Assembly (NCBI GenBank): GCA_965230705.1 | Contig: CBDDLN010000002.1 | Coordinates: forward strand, 2,052,339 to 2,116,338 | Length of the DNA stretch: 64,000 nucleotides | DNA from: Roseibium sp. | GTDB lineage: Bacteria; Pseudomonadota; Alphaproteobacteria; Rhizobiales; Stappiaceae | Direction: 5' to 3' | In this document: positions 58,194 through 64,000 of the stretch, piece after piece | Layout of the letters: each line of letters begins with the position of its first letter | How positions within the stretch are numbered: position 1 is the stretch's first letter | Translations under genes and position numbers: made by a program | The notes under the pieces: generated by a model | What the model was told of the DNA's origin: nothing | What the model saw: only the letters and a program-made list of their open reading frames with translations | Database searches by the model: none

Positions 58194-58208
58194 GTTCCAG
58201 AGTCGTTC
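58194..58208. promoter_or_regulatory. Alphaproteobacterial LexA (SOS) box upstream of the helicase
   Basis: GTTC-CAGAGTC-GTTC (perfect GTTC-N7-GTTC); second degenerate GAAC-N7-GAAT at 58149-58163. Confidence 0.55.
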
Positions 58209-58369
58209 TTTTTGGCCTTTTTCCGAGATCCAATTTCAGGATTGGCAACCGGGGAAGCTTCGAAAAAAGACTCGGGACAGGCTGGCGCTGGCTGTGCTAA
58301 ACCCCCGGCAGCACCGTTCTATTCGGCTCGACAACAAGCCAAAGATCCTTTCAAAAATCACTGCGATCC

Positions 58370-61300
58370 ATGCCCCGCCCTTCGAAATTGCCGCTGCCGC
58401 CCGCTGCCCGGTCAAACACCGTTACAGCCGTCCTTGGGCCGACAAACACCGGCAAAACACATCTTGCCATCGAGCGCATGATTGCCCAGCCCTCCGGCCT
58501 TATCGGCCTGCCGCTGAGGCTTCTGGCGCGCGAGGTTTATGGCCGCATCGTTGAACGCACCGGCGAGGACTCGGTTGCGCTGATCACCGGTGAAGAAAAG
58601 ATCCTTCCGAAATCGGCACGGTTCTATGTGTCAACGGTCGAGGCAATGCCTCTGGATCTTGAGACGGAATTTGTTGCCATCGACGAAGTACAGCTGGCTG
58701 GGGATCTCGACCGTGGCCACGTTTTCACCGACCGGATCCTGAACCTTCGTGGCCGTTCAGAAACCTTGCTGCTCGGCGCCGCGACCGCCCGACCGCTGCT
58801 GGAAAAGCTGCTGCCTGGCCTGAATGTTGTGACTCGTCCGCGCATGTCGGTTCTGGAATATGCGGGATCAAAGAAAGTCTCCCGGCTCCCGGCTCGCTCT
58901 GCAATAGTGGCATTTTCCTCCGACGAGGTTTACGGCATTGCCGAGCTTATCCGGCGGCAAAGAGGCGGCGCGGCTGTTGTTCTTGGATCCTTAAGCCCAC
59001 GCACCCGCAACGCACAGGTCGAACTGTTTCAAAACGGCGATGTAGATCATCTGGTGGCTACGGATGCCATCGGGATGGGCCTCAACCTTGATGTCGACCA
59101 CATCGCCTTTGCCGGCAACCGGAAATACGACGGTTACCAGTACCGTCAGCTGACCGCAGCGGAGATGGGCCAAATCGCGGGACGCGCCGGCCGGCACACA
59201 CGGGACGGGACTTTCGGTGTGACTGGCCGGGTCGATCCCTTGGACGATGATTTGATCGAACAGATCGAAAGTCACCGGTTTCCAGCTCTTAAAGTGCTGC
59301 AATGGCGCAACAGCAACCTGGATTTTTCCTCGGTCAGCGCCCTGCGCCGATCACTAGATCAGGCTCCAAGAGAAGAAGGGCTTGCACGTGCCCCCACCGG
59401 TGACGACATGGTCGCACTGGAGAATTTGCTGCGCGATCCGGCCATAGAAGACATGGCAAAGGGCGAAAAAGCGGTCGAATTGATGTGGGATGTGTGTCAG
59501 GTTCCCGACTATCGAAAGATTGCGCCGGCCAACCATGCCGAGCTGTTGAACACTATCTACACCCATTTGATCCAGGACGGCGCCATCGGCGATGACTGGT
59601 TCACGCGTCAATTGGCCTTCGCAGATCGCGTGGATGGTGATATCGACACCCTGGCAAACCGGATTGCGCACATCCGGACCTGGACATTCGTCGCCAACCG
59701 GCCTGACTGGCTGGCTGATCCGATGCATTGGCAAGGGGTGACGCGCAATATAGAAGACCGGTTATCAGATGCCCTTCACGAGCGCCTTACTCAGCGTTTC
59801 GTGGATCGGCGAACAAGTGTATTGATGCGACGTTTGAGAGAGAACGCCATGCTGGAAGCGGAAATAACGACGGGCGGCGATGTGCTCGTAGAAGGACAGC
59901 ACATCGGAAATCTGCTTGGCTTCCGGTTCGCGCCTGATTCGACGGCCGAAGGGCCGGATGAAAAGGCTGTCCGTGCGGCAGCCCAAAAAGCGCTGACGAC
60001 AGAGATCGAAAGCAGGGCCGACAAATTGTCGCGCTCGGAGAACAGCGACTTCGTTTTGACGTCGGATGCGTCGATCAGGTGGCGTGGCGAGGTTGTCGCC
60101 AAACTGAGCGCTGGTGAAGAGGTGCTCAGCCCTTCTGTCCTGCTCCTGGCCGATGAACATCTGACTGGCCCGGCGCGGGATAGCGTTCAGGAACGCCTCA
60201 ACCTTTGGGTCCGCGCCCAGATCGAGACGCTGTTGAAACCGCTGACCGATCTGAAAGCTGCAGAAGGTCTGGAAGGCCTTGCACGCGGGATCGCGTTCCG
60301 CATCGTCGAAGGCCTTGGAATTCTCGGCCGCCAGGATGCAGCCGATGAAATCCGCCAGCTCGACCAGGATATGCGCGCCTCCTTGCGCAAACTGGGTGTC
60401 CGTTTCGGCGCCTACAACATCTATGTTCCGATCCTGTTGAAGCCGGCGCCTAGCCAGCTCCTTGCCCAGCTTTGGGCGCTAAAACATGGCGCGATGGACA
60501 TGAAAGGCCTGAGCGAGCTGCCACAGCTTTCTGCTTCCGGCCGGACTTCAATCCCCGTCGACAACGAAATCGACAAGGCCCTTTACCGGGTCGTTGGCTT
60601 CCGCGTGTGCGGGCCGCGGGCCGTGCGTATCGATATTTTGGAGCGTCTTGCTGATCTGATCCGGCCGTTGATCGCCTGGAAACCGCTTGATGCGGACGTT
60701 GCGCCGCCGGACGGCGCAATTGAAACCGGCGGAGGCTTCACTGTTACAGTCGCAATGACATCGCTTCTGGGCTGTGCTGGCGAAGACTTTTCTGCGGTCC
60801 TGAAATCTCTCGGTTACCGGGTAGAAATGAAAGAGGTTCAGCGCCCGGCCGCACCTAAGCCGGATGAAAAACCGGCAGATGCAGCCCCGGCAGAAGCCGG
60901 AGAAGCTGCAGCGGAAACAACCAGCGACGCCCCAGCAACAGAGGCTGACGCTGAAGCTGAGGTCGCCGCAACTGATGACGCTGAATCAGCATCTTCATCC
61001 GACGCGGAAGAGCCGGCAGCTGCTGAAACCGCTGCCGAAGAATCTGCGGCACGGGAAACCGGCACGGAAGCTACTGCGGAAACCGGAGAGGCCGCGGCTG
61101 CCGATGCAACAACTCCGGCTTCTGACGAACCGGCCGCTCCAGAGACGCCGGAAGCTTCCGATGAGGCAGCACCTGTTGAGATGGAAACCGTTACCATCGA
61201 AATCTGGCGTCCTGGCCGGATGGATCGCAAGCCTCGCGGACGCGGCCAACAGGACCGGCGTGGTGAAGGCCGCAAGGGTGGCCAAGAACATCGGCAATCC

Positions 61301-61480
61301 AAACGGCACGGCGGACCGAAGGGCAAAGGCGGTAAACCGCAACGCGGCGGCAAGCCTTCAGATGGCGGTTATGGCCGGCGCGACAAACCGGCTCCACGGG
61401 ACAAGCCGATCGATCCGGATTCTCCTTTTGCAGCGCTGATGGCGCTTAAGGCCGATATGGACACCAAGGGAAAGAAGTAA
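58370..61480 (+). CDS. SUV3-like SF2 helicase (MgpS-type) with long disordered C-terminus
   Basis: GPTNTGKT, IDEVQL, ATDAIGMGLNL, QIAGRAGR. Confidence 0.92.
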   Translation: MPRPSKLPLPPAARSNTVTAVLGPTNTGKTHLAIERMIAQPSGLIGLPLRLLAREVYGRIVERTGEDSVALITGEEKILPKSARFYVSTVEAMPLDLETEFVAIDEVQLAGDLDRGHVFTDRILNLRGRSETLLLGAATARPLLEKLLPGLNVVTRPRMSVLEYAGSKKVSRLPARSAIVAFSSDEVYGIAELIRRQRGGAAVVLGSLSPRTRNAQVELFQNGDVDHLVATDAIGMGLNLDVDHIAFAGNRKYDGYQYRQLTAAEMGQIAGRAGRHTRDGTFGVTGRVDPLDDDLIEQIESHRFPALKVLQWRNSNLDFSSVSALRRSLDQAPREEGLARAPTGDDMVALENLLRDPAIEDMAKGEKAVELMWDVCQVPDYRKIAPANHAELLNTIYTHLIQDGAIGDDWFTRQLAFADRVDGDIDTLANRIAHIRTWTFVANRPDWLADPMHWQGVTRNIEDRLSDALHERLTQRFVDRRTSVLMRRLRENAMLEAEITTGGDVLVEGQHIGNLLGFRFAPDSTAEGPDEKAVRAAAQKALTTEIESRADKLSRSENSDFVLTSDASIRWRGEVVAKLSAGEEVLSPSVLLLADEHLTGPARDSVQERLNLWVRAQIETLLKPLTDLKAAEGLEGLARGIAFRIVEGLGILGRQDAADEIRQLDQDMRASLRKLGVRFGAYNIYVPILLKPAPSQLLAQLWALKHGAMDMKGLSELPQLSASGRTSIPVDNEIDKALYRVVGFRVCGPRAVRIDILERLADLIRPLIAWKPLDADVAPPDGAIETGGGFTVTVAMTSLLGCAGEDFSAVLKSLGYRVEMKEVQRPAAPKPDEKPADAAPAEAGEAAAETTSDAPATEADAEAEVAATDDAESASSSDAEEPAAAETAAEESAARETGTEATAETGEAAAADATTPASDEPAAPETPEASDEAAPVEMETVTIEIWRPGRMDRKPRGRGQQDRRGEGRKGGQEHRQSKRHGGPKGKGGKPQRGGKPSDGGYGRRDKPAPRDKPIDPDSPFAALMALKADMDTKGKK

Positions 61481-61884
61481 TTCCTGACAAGGGACAACAA
61501 CAAGCCGCCACAGGCGGCCTGAGAGTCGACAAGTGGCTCTGGTTCGCCAGGGTCACAAAGTCCCGAACGCTTGCCCAAAAACTTGCAACATCCGGCCACA
61601 TCCGAATCAACAAGGAAAAGATCAGTTCCGCCAGCAAGACAATTCGCGTTGGCGATGTTCTGACAATTACCCTGGAGCGGCGTGTTCTCGTTCTGAAAGT
61701 CGCTGACCTTGGCACACGGCGCGGGCCCTTTGTGGAGGCCCAGAAACTCTACGAGGACATGTCACCGCCGCCACCTCCGCGCGCTGAACCTCCACCCAAG
61801 CCTCCAGGGCAGCGGGAGCCAGGAGCTGGACGGCCAACCAAGCGGGACAGGCGACAGATTGACGCCTTCCGGGAAAGTGATTGA
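61480..61884 (+). CDS. hslR: RNA-binding S4 protein (HslR/Hsp15 family); absent from the ORF track because it has no ATG/GTG/TTG start
   Basis: Frame from 61480: IPDKGQQQAATGGLRVDKWLWFARVTKSRTLAQKL...GTRRGPFVEAQKLYED...GAGRPTKRDRRQID..., stop TGA at 61882-61884. Confidence 0.9.
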   Translation: MPDKGQQQAATGGLRVDKWLWFARVTKSRTLAQKLATSGHIRINKEKISSASKTIRVGDVLTITLERRVLVLKVADLGTRRGPFVEAQKLYEDMSPPPPPRAEPPPKPPGQREPGAGRPTKRDRRQIDAFRESD

Positions 61885-62041
61885 ATTATTAGTTCCTCAG
61901 GCGGCAGCAAAAGAGTATGGCATACCCTGCATTCGCCTGTTCGAACCCTTAGAACGCTTGCGTGCGCTTGACAAAAGAGCTACCCAAGCCACGGTCTAAT
62001 GAAGAACAGCGGTTTCGCATAAATTCGCGTAGAGGATCTCG

Positions 62042-62377
62042 ATGACTTACGTCGTCACCGACAACTGCATCAAGTGCAAGTACACCGATTGTGTTGAAGT
62101 GTGTCCGGTAGATTGTTTTTATGAGGGCGAGAACTTCCTCGTCATCAATCCGGACGAATGCATCGACTGCGGCGTTTGTGAACCCGAGTGCCCGGCTGAA
62201 GCTATCCTGCCGGACACGGAACCGGGCCTTGAGAAATGGATCGAGCTGAACGCCGAATACTCCGAGAAGTGGCCGAACATCACGGAGAAAAAAGATCCTA
62301 TGCCAGATGCGGCCGAGTTTGATGGTAAACCGAACAAGCTTGAGCAGTTCTTTTCGCCCAATCCGCCTGCCGAATAG
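62042..62377 (+). CDS. fdxA: 7Fe ferredoxin
   Basis: [17 protein letters not shown] and [12 protein letters not shown]. Confidence 0.97.
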   Translation: MTYVVTDNCIKCKYTDCVEVCPVDCFYEGENFLVINPDECIDCGVCEPECPAEAILPDTEPGLEKWIELNAEYSEKWPNITEKKDPMPDAAEFDGKPNKLEQFFSPNPPAE

Positions 62378-62554
62378 GCATGAGCTGCTGGTAAATAACG
62401 TCGATAGATAGGCTGTGCCGCCTCTGGCAGGCACGCCGGAAAAGTGAAGTTTCAAGCCGTCTTTTCACGATAACGTCAGTGAAAAACACGGCCAGATTGA
62501 GAGCCCTGCAGTCACTGCATGGCAGCGTTACCTTATTGCGCAGTGCAATAAGGC

Positions 62555-62583
62555 TTTAATTTCACTTCGACTTGTGCTATATT
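62555..62583 (+). promoter_or_regulatory. Sigma70-type promoter of carD
   Basis: TTTAAT-N17-TATATT with extended -10 TG. Confidence 0.5.
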
Positions 62584-62856
62584 CGCAAAACTTTCGTTCA
62601 ACCATGCGCTACCTCCCGCTTCGGAGATAGCTCACTGCGTGATCCGGCCGGATTGCGAACAGGACAATTGTTTCGCATGTCTGACCAGGTTTCTACAGTG
62701 GAGTTGAGTGACTGACCAGCCTGACACAATGGATATCAACAGGCGTTCCAATGAGAACGCAGGTTGGCATTGCGTGTCGAAACAAGATTGGATGGGCCGG
62801 AGACCGGCTCTTCAACGGTCGATATGGCCGATAACTGCGCAGGAGAAGATACGGGA

Positions 62857-63441
62857 ATGGCAACAAGCACGAAAAAGGCCGCGCAGCGTCAAGGATTTAA
62901 GACAGGCGAATTTATTGTTTATCCGGCGCATGGCGTCGGCCAGATTACCGCAATTGAAGAACAAAGCGTTGCAGGACATTCCCTGGAGCTTTTGGTCATA
63001 GTATTTGAAAAAGACAAAATGACCCTCCGAGTACCGGTTGCCAAAATTGCATCCGTCGGCATGCGTAAGCTCGGCGACCCGGCTGTTGTCAAAAAGGCGA
63101 TGGAAACCGTGCGTGGCCGTCCGCGCATCAAGCGCACCATGTGGAGCCGCCGTGCACAGGAATACGAAGCAAAAATCAACTCTGGCGACCTGATCTCAAT
63201 TTCGGAAGTTGTCCGCGATCTCTACCGGTCAGAAAGCCAGCCGGAACAGTCCTACTCCGAGCGTCAGCTTTATGAAGCTGCAATCGACCGGATGGCCCGG
63301 GAGATTGCTGCCGTGAACAAATGTTCGGAAACGGAAGCAACCAAACAGATCGAACAGAACCTGGCCAAGTCACCGAGCCGCGCGAAAGCAGCTGAAGAAG
63401 CATCTGCTGGCGGCGACGATGATCAGGAAGAAGCTGCCTGA
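62857..63441 (+). CDS. carD: CarD/CdnL transcription factor
   Basis: FKTGEFIVYPAHGVG, LRVP, MWSRRAQEY, INSGD, VVRDL; ATG 62857. Confidence 0.96.
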   Translation: MATSTKKAAQRQGFKTGEFIVYPAHGVGQITAIEEQSVAGHSLELLVIVFEKDKMTLRVPVAKIASVGMRKLGDPAVVKKAMETVRGRPRIKRTMWSRRAQEYEAKINSGDLISISEVVRDLYRSESQPEQSYSERQLYEAAIDRMAREIAAVNKCSETEATKQIEQNLAKSPSRAKAAEEASAGGDDDQEEAA

Positions 63442-63480
63442 TCGGCACTTAAGAATATAAGCCTCATTCAGGAGGCTCTG

Positions 63481-63508
63481 AAAACCCGGCTCCGGCCGGG
63501 TTTTTTTA
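63481..63508 (+). terminator. Intrinsic terminator of carD
   Basis: AAAACCCGGC-TCCG-GCCGGGTTTTTTT. Confidence 0.85.
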
Positions 63509-63780
63509 TGGCTCGCCACATCTCACCCTGCAATTCGACAGCAACGTTGACCGGCGGTTATAAACCTGCAGGGGACGAAATACATCGGTTCCGCCTGCTC
63601 GTTCATTCCCGGGATGCTTGAAAAGCACCTGAAAAGACAAATCAAACAGCGCTCAGGTTTCGCGCCCAAATTGCCTCATCACGTCTTTGTGCATGCTGCG
63701 TCACTCTCCTATCCGGCAAGATTGATCTAATCTACGTATTGAGACGTACACAGCCCAGACGCAAATGGAGCGGCAAGCTG

Positions 63781-64000
63781 ATGTCCAATTCTTTGAGTGA
63801 CCGTCGTCAAATGGTGCGGGCTGCCATGAAAGCCCCATACCTGACCCGTGAAGAAGAGCGCGAACTTGCGGTGCGCTGGCGCGACAAACGGGACGAGAAA
63901 GCATTGGAAATGCTGTCGCTCTCGCACATGCGCCTCGTGATAGCGGTCGCGTCCCGGTTCCGGAATTTCGGATTGCCCCTCGGAGATTTAATCCAGGAAG
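63781..64000 (+). CDS. rpoH2: Sigma-32-family factor (RpoH2-like), N-terminal part, runs off the window
   Basis: Own translation: MSNSLSDRRQMVRAAMKAPYLTREEERELAVRWRD...SHMRLVIAVASRFRNFGLPLGDLIQE. Confidence 0.85.
   Translation, partial: MSNSLSDRRQMVRAAMKAPYLTREEERELAVRWRDKRDEKALEMLSLSHMRLVIAVASRFRNFGLPLGDLIQE

Noticed and set aside
63690-63745. RpoE- or EcfG-type promoter for rpoH2
   Set aside because: TGATCT/ACGTA and CTATCC/ACGTA elements have the wrong spacing.

Overview
Core-chromosome window of a marine Hyphomicrobiales alphaproteobacterium (Roseibium/Labrenzia-like, inferred from gene content and order; not proven). Main blocks: (1) nitrogen uptake, with glnK-amtB and a second, divergent Amt, each carrying a sigma54 promoter and several NtrC-type boxes, separated by a MocR/EamA pair; (2) a mixed housekeeping stretch (TusA, PhhB, adenylate cyclase, LMW-PTP, AtsE-like protein, PAP2, sensor-less hybrid kinase, GluQRS, AlkA, GT4, ThpR, Tas, TesA-YbbAP, YccA, ppa, DsbB, tRNA-Leu(CAA)); (3) CYTH-CHAD plus a C-P lyase cluster phnF/phnGHIJKL-DUF1045-phnMN with a PhnF operator and a Pho box; (4) an orphan class II HMG-CoA reductase and a large AsmA protein; (5) an Irr-boxed iron operon (Cys-rich unknown, imelysin, di-heme oxidoreductase, imelysin-2, DUF1513); (6) pyc, SUV3-like helicase, S4/HslR, fdxA, carD and the start of rpoH2. 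No mobile element, CRISPR array or prophage is visible. Best leads: an S4/HslR gene missing from the ORF track that has no ATG/GTG/TTG start (probable ATT start overlapping the helicase stop), SOS boxes upstream of the helicase-HslR unit, a structured sRNA candidate near 27.6 kb, the Cys-rich first gene of the iron operon, and the orphan NAD-type HMG-CoA reductase. All family assignments come from motif recognition by eye; no database search was run.
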